A model generated the notes under the pieces. The model saw only the letters and a list, made by a program, of their open reading frames with translations. It did no database searches and had not been told where the DNA came from. DNA of 64,000 bases from Verrucomicrobiota bacterium (GTDB taxonomy: Bacteria; Verrucomicrobiota; Verrucomicrobiia; Opitutales; Cerasicoccaceae), in NCBI GenBank assembly GCA_039818205.1, contig JBCBUK010000001.1, forward strand, positions 1 through 64,000, in the 5' to 3' direction. This document shows, in pieces, positions 26,865-38,014 of this stretch. The translations under genes were made by a program, and so were the position numbers. Positions within the stretch are counted from its first letter, which is position 1. Every line of letters starts with the position of its first letter.

Positions 26865-28757
26865 CTAGTGAGGCAGAACGATGAAACAGAAACTCATGAT
26901 CAGAGTTGGGATCAACGCGCCAAGCAATAGACCCAAGGGTGAGATTCCACCAGCAAAATACTTGTTCAAAATGCTCTGACCAGCCGGATTTGGCGCATTC
27001 GCAATGACCGTTAAACCACCGCCGGTAACCGCACCGGCTACCACGGCATATTCAAGCCGTTGAGCCGTCAGAATAGCTTCGCCCACCTTGGGTTGTCCGT
27101 AAATGTCGAGCGGCCCAAACGCTGGAACCTCAGAAGCGAGCAGCGTAATCGCTGCGTTGTCGTTAAATGCTGTTAGCACGGTCGCCATGACAAAGAGCGT
27201 CGTCTCACCCAAACTTGAGAGAATCGGTGCGATCCACCAACCCTGCAATCCGCCATGGACAACCAAGCCAGCCAAAAAGAATCCAACGAGCATCGGGCTC
27301 TTGATGTTCATCTGATACTGGTGGTGCTCCGTCGCTTTGGTGAAGCCCAGGAAGAACAGGAAGCCGCCAATAAAGAACGGTGGGTGGTGCAAGGTAGCCA
27401 CAGTCCATGCAAGAAAGCCAAGGTGCACGACTTTGATCCAAACCGGAACAGGTTCTTCATTGGTCCTATCGGCTTGGACCGAATCATCCTTTTTCAGCCC
27501 CATCAATTCCTTCTTGAATATCATGAAGTAACCAATGTTCGCAATGATGATGCCGAGAAATGCTCGCCAACCAAAATGGGTAAGCATAAATGGCATATCC
27601 CAATTCCACTTCGTCGCGACCATCAGCACGGGAGGCGCCGCAAAGTGAGTAAGCGTTCCGCCAACAGACACGTTCACGAACAACAAGCCTAAGGTTGCGT
27701 AGCAAAGCTTCTTAGATGGCTTGAGCTTATAGAACTGCGTGCCCAAAAGCATTGCCGCGATCGTCATTGCCGCTGGCTCCGTGATGAATGAACCCAAGAG
27801 CGGGGCAATCGTTAGAATCGAAAACCACCACGCAACGGGCGTTCCGTTTCCGAAGCGGGAAATGAACTTTAAAAACTTTTCAACGCCTTCGGACGGTGAT
27901 GAATCCGAATCCATCGATTTTACGGATTCCGTTGATTCCTTGGTTCCGCTTGGTTTTGCCACTTCTTCACTAGACTCGGAAACGCTTTCGCCGGATTCGG
28001 CATCCTTTGCGGCCACATTGGCGTCGGTCGCCTCGGACTTAGCGGCGCTATCAGACTCCGCTGCAGTGGACGTTTGGGCTTCCGCAGTGGATTCACCCTT
28101 CTTCGATTTGAGCCACGGCAGAATTGTGCCGTTGATGAAGTCGCCATAATTCGCGACGAAATGAAGGCAGTTTTCCGCGAATTTGATGACCGGGCGGGTC
28201 GACGCAATCGCCATGATGACCACAACAAACATTGGCTCCGTGTAAACGCGGCTGTCGATGTAGGCGACAGCATCGGACCAACCGTGGCCGGGCCAAAACG
28301 TGATCGCTAGAATCAATGGTACAACCCAGATACCGAAAATCGCTTCAACTTCCCCAAGAAAATGGAAAAGCGTGGCCTTAAATGACACCGGCTCTTTGCC
28401 CGGTGGATAAGGCGTCCCGGATTCCTTCAACTTCTCCTGATGCTCGTGCTCGTAACGGTGCGCCATCTTATTGAACGTCGAGCACATAAACGTATGCAAA
28501 ATCGCACAGAAGAAAATAATCGTGACGATCAAATTAATCGGATTGGCTTTGATCCGCCCCATCAGCGTCTCGCTAATCGTCAGCTCACGATCAAGTTCCT
28601 TCTCCTTAGCCGATTCCTTTTCCATGTAGACGCTAAGCGGGACTGGATAAGCCGGAGGCTCGCCGGATCCACCGCCACCCGCAGCTGAAACCGAGCTGTT
28701 AAGACCGAGAAACCCGATCAGAGTAATGAGCAAAAAAGCAATGCGTTGCGTAGTCAT
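26865..28757 (-). CDS. Putative Na+/H+ antiporter (DUF1504 family)
   Basis: LGEVE, GSFITEPAAMT, NVSVGG, DNAA, GGGLTVIANAPN; start approximate. Confidence 0.85.
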   Translation of the reverse strand: MTTQRIAFLLITLIGFLGLNSSVSAAGGGGSGEPPAYPVPLSVYMEKESAKEKELDRELTISETLMGRIKANPINLIVTIIFFCAILHTFMCSTFNKMAHRYEHEHQEKLKESGTPYPPGKEPVSFKATLFHFLGEVEAIFGIWVVPLILAITFWPGHGWSDAVAYIDSRVYTEPMFVVVIMAIASTRPVIKFAENCLHFVANYGDFINGTILPWLKSKKGESTAEAQTSTAAESDSAAKSEATDANVAAKDAESGESVSESSEEVAKPSGTKESTESVKSMDSDSSPSEGVEKFLKFISRFGNGTPVAWWFSILTIAPLLGSFITEPAAMTIAAMLLGTQFYKLKPSKKLCYATLGLLFVNVSVGGTLTHFAAPPVLMVATKWNWDMPFMLTHFGWRAFLGIIIANIGYFMIFKKELMGLKKDDSVQADRTNEEPVPVWIKVVHLGFLAWTVATLHHPPFFIGGFLFFLGFTKATEHHQYQMNIKSPMLVGFFLAGLVVHGGLQGWWIAPILSSLGETTLFVMATVLTAFNDNAAITLLASEVPAFGPLDIYGQPKVGEAILTAQRLEYAVVAGAVTGGGLTVIANAPNPAGQSILNKYFAGGISPLGLLLGALIPTLIMSFCFIVLPH

Positions 28758-29124
28758 AGTCGAACAGGCAGAAAAGCGGATTTCCTGGCAATGTCCAGAC
28801 TTACAACACCGATTGCTCAATTCCTACAAACTAGCCGCCAATTGCGGTAACCGAAAATGAATCGTTTCGACCGTGCGACCGGCCTCACCGACGCGTGATC
28901 TCAAAAGTGATCTTAGGGCAAAATATCCTAAAATTTACGATTGATGTGTAAAGAGTCTGCTAAATACTACCGAATCGCGATGAAAACTGGATTTTTAAGC
29001 AATACAATTCATAGAAAGTGTAACTCTGACCCTAAATCCTGGTTTACACCTAGGTAGGTCCCTTTATCTTAACTAGATCTTAAAGATATATTTATTGAGT
29101 TTAGTCCCTAATTGACCTAGTATC

Positions 29125-30162
29125 ATGAACGTGGAAAAGTCCACACCCAGTGTCCAAGCATCGCGTACCCCCTATCGTTCCAGCATTAGCCTGGTAGGGT
29201 TATACGTTGGTTTTGCCGGGACCTACGTGGTCGTCTCCACCCTACTCGCTGGCGACTTAGGCCAAGATCAGACAAAAATCGAATTATACAAAGGGCTGAT
29301 CTTCGTCGCATTCACTGGAGTCCTACTTTTTTTTGGAGCGAGGCATTTACTCGTGCAAATTTCCAAGCAAGCGACTGAGATTGAGCGACAGCGTGCTTCA
29401 ATTGGGCATCTTGACCAACGGGCGAACCTCGGCTTGCTCGCGAGCGCAATCGGGCATGACGCCAACAACCTCCTGACCTCGGTCCGCATGTCGATTGATC
29501 TCCTGCAACAGAACCCGCCGCAAGCCAAACAGGAGAAAATCACTGAAACCCTTTCGTCGGTCGTGGAAGAGCTCGCGTATTTGAACAATCGTCTTGTTCG
29601 CGGAGGTGAAGCCGGGCAATCGGGTGAGTTAAAAACGCTATCCCTTCGCAACGAAATCGACCGTATTCTCCAGTTCATCGAAGATGGCCACCCAATCAAG
29701 GGTATCGAACTTGAGATAACGGGCTCACGCAAGATCTGCGCTCTGGTCAATCGGCACCAATTCTTTCAAGTCGTTCTAAACCTGCTCACGAACGTTGCGC
29801 GGCACGCCGGACCGATGGCTAAGGCCTGGCTATCACTACGAGAAGAGTCAGGCCGTGTGGTGCTTTCTGTCAAAGACAATGGTCCCGGAGTTGCCCCGAA
29901 AGACCATCAGCGAATATTCGAGCCCTACTACTCGTCACATGCTGAGGGCGCGGGCCTGGGGCTCGTATCAGTCCGCTCAATCATGAGACTCCATGGCGGT
30001 GAGATTCACTGTCTTGAGTCCGACAATGGCGGTGCTCATTTCGAGCTGGAGTTCCCGGCACTACCTGCGTCTAAAAGCGAATGCGCCAATCCGCGTTCTT
30101 GCGAACGAATTTCCGAAAGCCCGTTGACTAACAGCGCACTCGGCGCTCAGCCCTCTACTTAG
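29125..30162 (+). CDS. Two-TM sensor histidine kinase (orphan)
   Basis: HDANN, NLLTN, DNGPG, FEPYY, GAGLGL. Confidence 0.92.
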   Translation: MNVEKSTPSVQASRTPYRSSISLVGLYVGFAGTYVVVSTLLAGDLGQDQTKIELYKGLIFVAFTGVLLFFGARHLLVQISKQATEIERQRASIGHLDQRANLGLLASAIGHDANNLLTSVRMSIDLLQQNPPQAKQEKITETLSSVVEELAYLNNRLVRGGEAGQSGELKTLSLRNEIDRILQFIEDGHPIKGIELEITGSRKICALVNRHQFFQVVLNLLTNVARHAGPMAKAWLSLREESGRVVLSVKDNGPGVAPKDHQRIFEPYYSSHAEGAGLGLVSVRSIMRLHGGEIHCLESDNGGAHFELEFPALPASKSECANPRSCERISESPLTNSALGAQPST

Positions 30163-31493
30163 GCAGCGTCGTTGTTCTCGGTGGTCGGCTCGTCGTCGTT
30201 TTCAGGCGGAAGCTCCTGCTCATCACGACGTTTAAGCTGCGGTCGCTCGCCTTCCTTCACGGTTGCGGCAGTGACCAAACACTCATCGATCAAGTTGTCT
30301 TGGGGGATGTCATACATTACCTCAAGCATCAGATTTTCCATGATCGAACGCAGAGCACGGGCTCCAGTCTTCAAATCAAGCGCTTTCTCAGCAATCGCTC
30401 CAATTGCGTCACGGGAGAATTTCAGCTTCACGCCGTCCATCGCCATGAGCTTGGAATACTGCTTAACGAGGGCGTTTTTCGGCTCAGTCAAAATGTATTC
30501 GAGATCTTCCTGAGTGAGCTCCTCGAGAACCGAAACAATCGGAAGACGACCAATAAACTCTGGGATCATCCCAAACTTGACCAAGTCTTCCGGCTGAACT
30601 TCGCGCATAATTTCGTCCCTCTGGGGAACGTGTGCCTTTTCACCGGTAAGGTCAAAGCCGAGAACCTTTTTGCCAGCGCGATCTGAGATCAGCTTCTCCA
30701 AGCCCACAAAAGCGCCACCGCAAACGAACAAGATGTTCGCGGTGTTTACCTGGATGTATTCTTGGTTCGGATGCTTGCGACCACCTTGTGGTGGCACATT
30801 ACAAACTGTGCCTTCGATGATCTTCAGCAATGCCTGCTGAACGCCTTCGCCGGAAACGTCTCGAGTGATCGATACATTATCCGTTTTGCGGCCAATTTTG
30901 TCGATCTCGTCGACATAAATGATCCCGCGCTCGGCTGTTTTAACATCAAAGTTTGCTGACTGCAGAAGGCGAAGGACGATATTTTCAACGTCTTCACCCA
31001 CATAGCCGGCCTCGGTCAGGGTTGTCGCATCCGCAATCGCGAATGGAACCTCAAGCATCTCAGCTAACGTGCGAGCGAGCAGTGTTTTACCGGACCCAGT
31101 CGGACCGATCAGGAGAACATTGCTCTTCTCAATCGCGACTTCACTGAACTCCGAGATCGCCAGTTCATCCGAGTACTCATCGTTTTGCAGACGCTTGTAG
31201 TGGTTGTAAACCGCGACGGCGAGGACCTTCTTCGCGTGATCTTGGCCGACGATGTGTTCGTCCAAACGAGCACGGATTTCAGAAGGTTTGACCAAATTCA
31301 CCGAGAAATCGTTTGAAGCCGACGCTGGTGTCTTCGCGGGCTCCTCACGTAATTCCCTATCAATGATTGTTTTACAAACATTGACACAGGAGTCACAGAT
31401 GTAAACGCCCGCGGGACCCGCAATCATCTTGCGAACCTCGTTCTGGGACTTTCCGCAAAAGGAGCAGAAAGTCATCTTTGTGGATTTGGCCAT
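30159..31493 (-). CDS. clpX: ATP-dependent Clp protease ATPase subunit
   Basis: CSFCGK zinc finger, [22 protein letters not shown]. Confidence 0.98.
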   Translation of the reverse strand: MAKSTKMTFCSFCGKSQNEVRKMIAGPAGVYICDSCVNVCKTIIDRELREEPAKTPASASNDFSVNLVKPSEIRARLDEHIVGQDHAKKVLAVAVYNHYKRLQNDEYSDELAISEFSEVAIEKSNVLLIGPTGSGKTLLARTLAEMLEVPFAIADATTLTEAGYVGEDVENIVLRLLQSANFDVKTAERGIIYVDEIDKIGRKTDNVSITRDVSGEGVQQALLKIIEGTVCNVPPQGGRKHPNQEYIQVNTANILFVCGGAFVGLEKLISDRAGKKVLGFDLTGEKAHVPQRDEIMREVQPEDLVKFGMIPEFIGRLPIVSVLEELTQEDLEYILTEPKNALVKQYSKLMAMDGVKLKFSRDAIGAIAEKALDLKTGARALRSIMENLMLEVMYDIPQDNLIDECLVTAATVKEGERPQLKRRDEQELPPENDDEPTTENNDAA

Positions 31494-31553
31494 AATTTAC
31501 GTAAATACCATACGCCTTTCAAGGCGGACAGGCAAGCGACAATGTTCTATCGC

Positions 31554-32165
31554 CTAGTTCTTTTCTTTTTCAGCGTCTTTTGGCTGGTGCACGATTACTT
31601 CGTCAACAATTCCGTAATCTTTAGCTTCCTGGGCCGTCATGTAATAATCGCGGTCACTGTCTTTGGTGATTTGCTCGACATCGCGGCCGGTGTGATCTGC
31701 CAAAATTCCGTTGATCGTGTTGCGCCAGCGAATGATTTCCTTCGCCGCAATCGAAATATCGGAGGTCTGACCAGTGGCACCACCAGTTGGCTGGTGGATC
31801 ATGACACGGCTATTCGGCAACGCGTAACGTTTGCCCTTGGTACCGGCTGCCAAAAGGACCGTTCCCATGCTAGCGGCCATTCCTACGCAGTAGGTAACGA
31901 CATCGCAGTGCATAAAGTTGATCGTATCGTAGATGGCCATCCCCGCAGTCACGCTGCCACCGGGTGAATTCACGTAAAGGTGAATGTCTTTCTTGGGATC
32001 CTCCATCTGCAGGAACAACAACTGAGCCACCACAGCATTGGCGACTTCGTCATAAATTGGGGTTCCCAGGAAGATAATACGGTCACGCAACAGACGGCTG
32101 TAGATGTCGTCACGACGCTCTCCGCGGCCATCGCGCTCCGTTACAAATGGAATGATATAGCTCAT
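31554..32165 (-). CDS. clpP: ATP-dependent Clp protease proteolytic subunit
   Basis: DIYSRLL, NSPGG, AASM, MIHQP. Confidence 0.98.
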   Translation of the reverse strand: MSYIIPFVTERDGRGERRDDIYSRLLRDRIIFLGTPIYDEVANAVVAQLLFLQMEDPKKDIHLYVNSPGGSVTAGMAIYDTINFMHCDVVTYCVGMAASMGTVLLAAGTKGKRYALPNSRVMIHQPTGGATGQTSDISIAAKEIIRWRNTINGILADHTGRDVEQITKDSDRDYYMTAQEAKDYGIVDEVIVHQPKDAEKEKN

Positions 32166-32186
32166 ATTAAAAGGTTTATACAAAGC

Positions 32187-33518
32187 CTAAGCTGGTTCTG
32201 CCTCGGCTTCGACCTCTGTAACGTTCGCCTGTTCCACCAGAAAATCAAGTGTCTTCTGGAAAAGTATCGCACGTTGCAGCTCCTGCAATTGGTCCCGATT
32301 CTTCTGCAGCTCTTTGACAATCTTGTCCGGCGGAGTCTGAGTTTGCATCGCTTGATTCATGATCGCGCGCTGCATGTCTTCGTTCTCAACGTTGATCTTC
32401 TCTTTTTCGGCGATGTGGCCAAGAATGAGCTGAGTCTTCACTCGGTTAACCGCACCTTCGGAAGCCTGCTGAATAAGCTCTTCCTTGTTTTCTTCAAGTT
32501 GCTCCTCGGTCGCACCCTGCTGCATCGCTTGCTGCATGTGCTGGCGCAAAATAACGTCACGCTCGCTGTCGATCGCGCTCTGCGGGACCGGGAAACTTAC
32601 CTGAGCAATGAGGTTGTCAATCAGCTGCTTGCGCTTCTGGTCGCTGATGTGCTGTTCCTTTTGGCTCTTTATGTCATCGCGGATACGCTCTTCCCACTGT
32701 TCCTCGGTTTCAACCTGGAAGGTCTTCAGAAACTCTTCGTCAAGCTCGGGTAGCTTCTTTTCGCGGACTTCGTGAACCTCGACCGAGTAGCTCGCGGACT
32801 TGCCCTGAAGTGCCTCGATTTCGTGGTCTTCTGCAAAGGTTTCTTCAACGTCCTTTTTATCGCCCGCAGACATTCCCAGGATACCCTGGACAATTGCCTG
32901 GATGCCCGGTGAATGCTCATCACCCGCTTGCTCCCAGGTATTTGTCTGGGTGCCGTAAATTGGTTTATCCTCGACCAGATCCGCGACACGCTCTTCGCCA
33001 ATCGTTCCTTCGTAAGAAACCTTCACATAGTCGCCCTGTTCCGCCGCTTTTTCGCAGACGTTGTATTCAGCACGCTGGTTCAGGATGTAATCCTTGGTTT
33101 GCTTAAATTCGTCCTCGGTCACCTCCATCTTCGGAACCGTGACATCAATTCCCTTGTACTCGGAAAGGTCGAAGGTTGGGCGAATATCGAACGTGAACGA
33201 CAATTCTGCGCCGGGAGAACCGGGCTCAATGTCGCCTCCATCCATTTCAACCACCGCATAGACGTTCAGACCGGATTCCTTAACACCCTCTTCGTAAGCG
33301 GTGCCAGTAACTTTCCGACTGAGTTCAGAGAGAAGCTCGTTCTTGTATTTACTCTTAATGAGGTTTTCTGGAGCCTTGCCGGGACGGAATCCTGGCAGTT
33401 TTGCACTGCTCGAAAACTGCTTGAGCAGTGACTTCTCTTCTTTCGCAATTTCCTCGCCAGAGACGCTGACGTGGACCTTTTTGCGTGTTTCGTTGACGTC
33501 TTCGACGGAAACTTTCAC
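32187..33518 (-). CDS. tig: Trigger factor
   Basis: GFRPGKAP; tig-clpP-clpX order. Confidence 0.97.
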   Translation of the reverse strand: MKVSVEDVNETRKKVHVSVSGEEIAKEEKSLLKQFSSSAKLPGFRPGKAPENLIKSKYKNELLSELSRKVTGTAYEEGVKESGLNVYAVVEMDGGDIEPGSPGAELSFTFDIRPTFDLSEYKGIDVTVPKMEVTEDEFKQTKDYILNQRAEYNVCEKAAEQGDYVKVSYEGTIGEERVADLVEDKPIYGTQTNTWEQAGDEHSPGIQAIVQGILGMSAGDKKDVEETFAEDHEIEALQGKSASYSVEVHEVREKKLPELDEEFLKTFQVETEEQWEERIRDDIKSQKEQHISDQKRKQLIDNLIAQVSFPVPQSAIDSERDVILRQHMQQAMQQGATEEQLEENKEELIQQASEGAVNRVKTQLILGHIAEKEKINVENEDMQRAIMNQAMQTQTPPDKIVKELQKNRDQLQELQRAILFQKTLDFLVEQANVTEVEAEAEPA

Positions 33519-33759
33519 GTGATTTCGGAGGTTACGGTGTTTTGAACTACTAATGACCTTGGTCGCGCCACCTGCGCATTACGGGTTTCCCAAGATGAAA
33601 AGCCGACCAAACAAACCAATCTAGCACCCGGAATCAAGCCCCGAATCGCGCTATTATTGCACACCTTTCCCGTACGTGATATGGTATGTTAGGAAAACCT
33701 GCTGAAGGCCTAGCATTGTCCGTCAAATCTGTTTCGCCAACGCTATCGAATGTTAAGTA

Positions 33760-34398
33760 ATGCTTATCAATTCACTAAATATAGTCTTTATATTAACCAC
33801 GCTCGTATCGAGTGCTTTGGCCAATTTTCATTTTACCGGGCCGATCGAGAGTCTCTTTCCTCTCCCGAATCAACTTGGAGAAAATTGGAAGCGCGATGTC
33901 ATTTACGAAGTGAACCAGAACAATGAAATCGCCCGATTTTTCCAGACAGCGTCATCATGGCCGGAAGGGGAAGACATCTCAGTCCCAACAACAACTCATG
34001 AACTCTATCGGAGGGAACACGAGATTGCCATCCTGGCCGACACCTCGTTTTACGAAATCCGCGCTAACGGAACGAAAGATACCTACCGCACATGGATTCT
34101 CATCTTCGACAGCCCCGATCAAACGCTAAGGTATTGGACTAGGCTCCATCGTGATCGTCTGGCGAAGCTGGCCCTACCAATCGAAACCGCGGGGTTTGAG
34201 TTCGACCGGGAAGGGGTCTATTCCACCGCATTTCGCCACGGAAACGTTTCTGTTTGGGTTTCCTCTGACGCCGATCGGAGCAAGGTTAAGGAAATTGCAG
34301 GTTTGATCTTTGAAAGACTAATTCAAAATAAACGGAACTTGAATGAGCCCGAAAGCGAATCTAAAGTAACAGACGATGAGCACCCCGCCGCTAACTGA
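33760..34398 (+). CDS. Secreted hypothetical protein
   Basis: Signal-peptide-like N-terminus, 212-aa ORF. Confidence 0.65.
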   Translation: MLINSLNIVFILTTLVSSALANFHFTGPIESLFPLPNQLGENWKRDVIYEVNQNNEIARFFQTASSWPEGEDISVPTTTHELYRREHEIAILADTSFYEIRANGTKDTYRTWILIFDSPDQTLRYWTRLHRDRLAKLALPIETAGFEFDREGVYSTAFRHGNVSVWVSSDADRSKVKEIAGLIFERLIQNKRNLNEPESESKVTDDEHPAAN

Positions 34399-34639
34399 TG
34401 ATCAGCTGAAAGAAATTTCAGATGCAATCATCGCAGGTCGTAAGATCGACGCGATTAAACAATACCGCGAGATCACCGGCACTGGCCTTGCGGAAGCCAA
34501 GCAGGCGATCGAGGAAATAACATCATCTTTAGCCGATGAGTATCCGGAACTCGCGCAGAAGTCCAGCGGCTGCATGTCTATCATCGTGCTCGGAATGGTC
34601 TCAGTTTATGCGCTGTATGAGCACCTCCCGTTTGTTTGA
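34376..34639 (+). CDS. L7/L12 C-terminal-like domain membrane protein
   Basis: KIDAIKQYREITGTGLAEAKQAIE plus C-terminal TM. Confidence 0.75.
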   Translation: MSTPPLTDDQLKEISDAIIAGRKIDAIKQYREITGTGLAEAKQAIEEITSSLADEYPELAQKSSGCMSIIVLGMVSVYALYEHLPFV

Positions 34640-34781
34640 TAAAGATACTTTCCGCATCACCCAAATCCACAGAGTGCCGCTACCTCGCTGGTCAATAAAA
34701 ACGCCGATCCCTAAGCAAATCTAAGGGCTTGTTTGGATTTGACGAATGGCCACCAGCTCTGGATAGTAGCGGGTTTAAGCA

Positions 34782-35750
34782 ATGGAAAAACCCAAGCACA
34801 GCCTAGATTTTGAGAAGCCGATCCACGAGCTCCAGGTGCAGCTCGCGAATCTTCAGCGCATGTCCGAAGAGAGCCAACTCGACGTGACCTTGGAGATTAG
34901 CGCGATTGAGGCCAAGATAGAAGAGACCCGCCAACGTGTCCACGAAGGTTTGACGCCATGGCAGAAGGTCCAACTGGCGCGCCATCCGCAGCGCCCCTAC
35001 TCGCTTGATTACATCAAAGCAATTTTTGACGACTTTCAGGAGCTGCACGGCGACCGTCGCTACAAGGACGACCAAGCTATCGTAGGCGGCCCCGCATTTT
35101 TTGAAGGCCAACCCGTTATGGTGGTTGCTCAGCAAAAAGGCCGCTCCACCAAGGAGAACCTGGCTCGCAACTTCGGATGCGCAAACCCGGAAGGCTATCG
35201 CAAGGCGATGCGCTTGATGGAAATGGCTGAGAAGTTCAAGATGCCGGTCATCACGCTGATCGACACCCCTGGGGCGTATCCTGGAATCGGTGCCGAGGAG
35301 CGGCATGTGGCGGAAGCCATCGCATTCAACATTCGCGAAATGAGCGACCTCAAAACACCGATCATCAGTGTGGTTATCGGCGAAGGTGGTTCGGGCGGAG
35401 CCCTCGGTATTGCTGTCGCCGACCGCGTTTTGATTTTGACCAACGCCTACTATTCGGTGATCTCACCCGAAGGCTGCGCCGCAATCCTCTGGAAGGACCG
35501 CGCTCACGCGCCGCAAGCCGCAGAAGCGCTGAAGATCACCGCGGATCGCTTGGTGAGTCTGGGTGTGGTGGACGAAATTGTCGACGAACCACTTGGTGGC
35601 GCGCATATTGATCCTGAGAAAACAGCCGAAAACTTGAAAGCCGCGCTCTCCAAGAATCTCAAGGAGCTTTCGGCCAAGAGCCTCAACTCATTGCTCGAGG
35701 GACGCTACCAAAAGTTCCGCAGTATGGGGCAGTTTGCGGAAGTTCAGTAA
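34782..35750 (+). CDS. accA: Acetyl-CoA carboxylase carboxyltransferase alpha
   Basis: ARHPQRP, LHGDR, IDTPGAYPG, GEGGSGGAL. Confidence 0.98.
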   Translation: MEKPKHSLDFEKPIHELQVQLANLQRMSEESQLDVTLEISAIEAKIEETRQRVHEGLTPWQKVQLARHPQRPYSLDYIKAIFDDFQELHGDRRYKDDQAIVGGPAFFEGQPVMVVAQQKGRSTKENLARNFGCANPEGYRKAMRLMEMAEKFKMPVITLIDTPGAYPGIGAEERHVAEAIAFNIREMSDLKTPIISVVIGEGGSGGALGIAVADRVLILTNAYYSVISPEGCAAILWKDRAHAPQAAEALKITADRLVSLGVVDEIVDEPLGGAHIDPEKTAENLKAALSKNLKELSAKSLNSLLEGRYQKFRSMGQFAEVQ

Positions 35751-35809
35751 AGACACGCTGGACAGCATCCGGTGAGAAGGCGTATTAACCTTTGCTCCAG
35801 ATTGTTGCT

Positions 35810-36559
35810 ATGTCTGCTACTGATCCACCACTCATTATTGATTATGTTGCCGAGGCGATCCTGGGGCAGTTGGACGATAAGCCAATGCGCCACCTCGACA
35901 TCTCGGCTGGTTGGGGACACCTGATCCGCCGGCTCAATGAATCGCGCCCCAATTGGGAATCGGAAGCCTGCGATTTCGAGCTGATGCCGGAGCTTGGCGA
36001 TATCCCAGGGAAGACTGCGAATCTCAACACCGAAGATCTCCCCTTTCCCGACAACACATTTGACCTGGTCACCTGTACGGAGGCTTTTGAGCATATCGAG
36101 AACTACCATCGGGTCGTCCGCGAGGTGCAACGCATCCTCAAGCCCGGCGGTATCTTCTTTGTCTCCGTCCCAAATATGCTAAGCCTGCGTTCACGGTGGA
36201 TCTTTGCCACCCGCGGGCTTTTCCTGTTCTACGATGCACTGCCAACCGCGCAAGACATGGGCAAAGATGCCTGGATGCGTCACATTTCGCCAATCACCTT
36301 TTTCCACTTAGGTTTATCCATGCTGGATAATGGCCTTGAGGACGTTCAGCACTACCCGGGAAAAGTGCAAAAATTCTCCGCGGCATTCTATTGGCTGGCC
36401 TCCCCAATCGCTAAATGGGCATCCGCAAACGCCAAGAACCGCCGGGACCGCAAAGGTCGGTCTATTTCGGCCGTCAGCGACGCGCTCGCGGCACAACATC
36501 ACTCTTGGAACGTGATGACCAGCCGCACGCTCATTGCCTCCGCAAGAAAGCCAAAGTAA
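35810..36559 (+). CDS. Class I SAM-dependent methyltransferase
   Basis: LDISAGWG, LPFPDNTFD, EHI, RILKPGG. Confidence 0.9.
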   Translation: MSATDPPLIIDYVAEAILGQLDDKPMRHLDISAGWGHLIRRLNESRPNWESEACDFELMPELGDIPGKTANLNTEDLPFPDNTFDLVTCTEAFEHIENYHRVVREVQRILKPGGIFFVSVPNMLSLRSRWIFATRGLFLFYDALPTAQDMGKDAWMRHISPITFFHLGLSMLDNGLEDVQHYPGKVQKFSAAFYWLASPIAKWASANAKNRRDRKGRSISAVSDALAAQHHSWNVMTSRTLIASARKPK

Positions 36560-36650
36560 CCAGGCGCTGCGCATTTGGAGTCGTTTTCCCTTAGGAAAAT
36601 GGGGAATATACGGGCTTCCCCTGCTGACAGATAGAGGTTAGTTTGAGTTT

Positions 36651-37208
36651 ATGACTCTGGAAGAACGTCTTGACCGCCACTTAAAGAAAACTCCGGACAT
36701 TGATCCCACCGCCTATGTCGCGCCACAAGCGACCGTGATCGGTGATGTCACCATGAAAGCCCACAGTAGCGCCTGGCCGAGCACTGTTCTGCGAGGCGAC
36801 ATCAATTCAATCATCATCGGAGAAGGCAGCAACGTCCAAGACGGCACGGTGGTGCACCTCGCGGATGACTATGGAGTCGTCGTTGGCGACTATGTGACGA
36901 TCGGACACCTGGCGATGATCCATGCCTGCACCATCGGCGATGAGTGCCTGGTCGGTATGCATAGCACGATCCTCGATGGCGCCGTGATTGGGCCGCGTTG
37001 TGTGATCGGTGCGGGTGCGCTTGTCGTGAAAGGATTTGAGGCTCCCGAAGGCTCAGTGATCATGGGCGTTCCGGGTAAGATCGTGAAAACCCTGACCGCC
37101 GACGAGCAGGCTCAGCTTCGCGGCTGGGCGGAGAAATACGTTAAGGTATCAGCCGCCCATAAGGGCGAAGACACGCCTTCGCAGACACGTCCCCCATTTT
37201 TAATCTAG
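36651..37208 (+). CDS. Gamma carbonic anhydrase family protein
   Basis: LRGD, NVQDG..H, TIGH..IH hexapeptide repeats. Confidence 0.93.
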   Translation: MTLEERLDRHLKKTPDIDPTAYVAPQATVIGDVTMKAHSSAWPSTVLRGDINSIIIGEGSNVQDGTVVHLADDYGVVVGDYVTIGHLAMIHACTIGDECLVGMHSTILDGAVIGPRCVIGAGALVVKGFEAPEGSVIMGVPGKIVKTLTADEQAQLRGWAEKYVKVSAAHKGEDTPSQTRPPFLI

Positions 37209-37258
37209 GTTTCGCCGCCACCAACTTGCAAACATCGGGCGCTCAGCATTATTAAACT

Positions 37259-38014
37259 ATGGCTGAAACCCCTGAACACGGAACGATTTACATTGCAGGA
37301 ATTACGGGAAGCATTGGCTCGCAGCTAGCGGAGCGGCTCCTAAACCAAGGCTGGACCGTTGCCGGTTTTGCCCGAAGCGCCGATCGCATTGCCGAACTCA
37401 AAGAACGACTGCCAAACCTAAATGTGGTCGAAGCAGACGCAACCGATTCAGAGGCAGTCAAGCAAGCCTTTGCTCAGCTCGGCGAGTTGGTGGGGCCACC
37501 GACTGCTTACGTTCACGCGGTTGGTTCCATCCTGTTGAAGGGCGCCCACCAGACCAAAGACGATGAGTGGCACCGCACAATTGATCTGAACCTCAACTCC
37601 GCATTCTATGGCTTGCGGGCAGCGATTACCGCTATCAAGAAAAACGGTAGCATCACCTTGATTAGTTCAACGGCTGCCCATGTTGGCTTGCCTAGCCATG
37701 AGGCAATCGCTGCCGCGAAAGGTGGTGTCGATGCGCTTGCCCGAAGTGCCGCTGCGACCTATGCCAACAAAGGCATCCGCGTCAACACGGTCGCGCTTGG
37801 GCTCGTCGAGTCGAACATGAGCCAACCGATCATCGCTTCGGAAACCGGCCGCAAGGTATCAGAGTCAATGCATCCGCTTGGTCGAATAGGCCTGCCCAAC
37901 GATGCCGCCTCTATGATCGCTTTTCTGGTTGCCGATGAGGCAAGCTGGATCAGCGGCCAAAATTTTGTCGTCGATGGCGGCATGTCCTCCCTGAGGCAGC
38001 GACCGAAAGTCTAG
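37259..38014 (+). CDS. SDR family oxidoreductase
   Basis: GITGSIG, IRVN, HPLGRIG, VDGG; Tyr of YxxxK replaced (IAAAK). Confidence 0.9.
   Translation: MAETPEHGTIYIAGITGSIGSQLAERLLNQGWTVAGFARSADRIAELKERLPNLNVVEADATDSEAVKQAFAQLGELVGPPTAYVHAVGSILLKGAHQTKDDEWHRTIDLNLNSAFYGLRAAITAIKKNGSITLISSTAAHVGLPSHEAIAAAKGGVDALARSAAATYANKGIRVNTVALGLVESNMSQPIIASETGRKVSESMHPLGRIGLPNDAASMIAFLVADEASWISGQNFVVDGGMSSLRQRPKV

Noticed and set aside
28820..29124. AT-rich intergenic region as ncRNA or mobile-element scar
   Set aside because: No convincing repeats, hairpins or ORF; consistent with a divergent promoter region
34376..34639. rplL (L7/L12)
   Set aside because: Only a short C-terminal-like motif plus TM; not in a ribosomal operon
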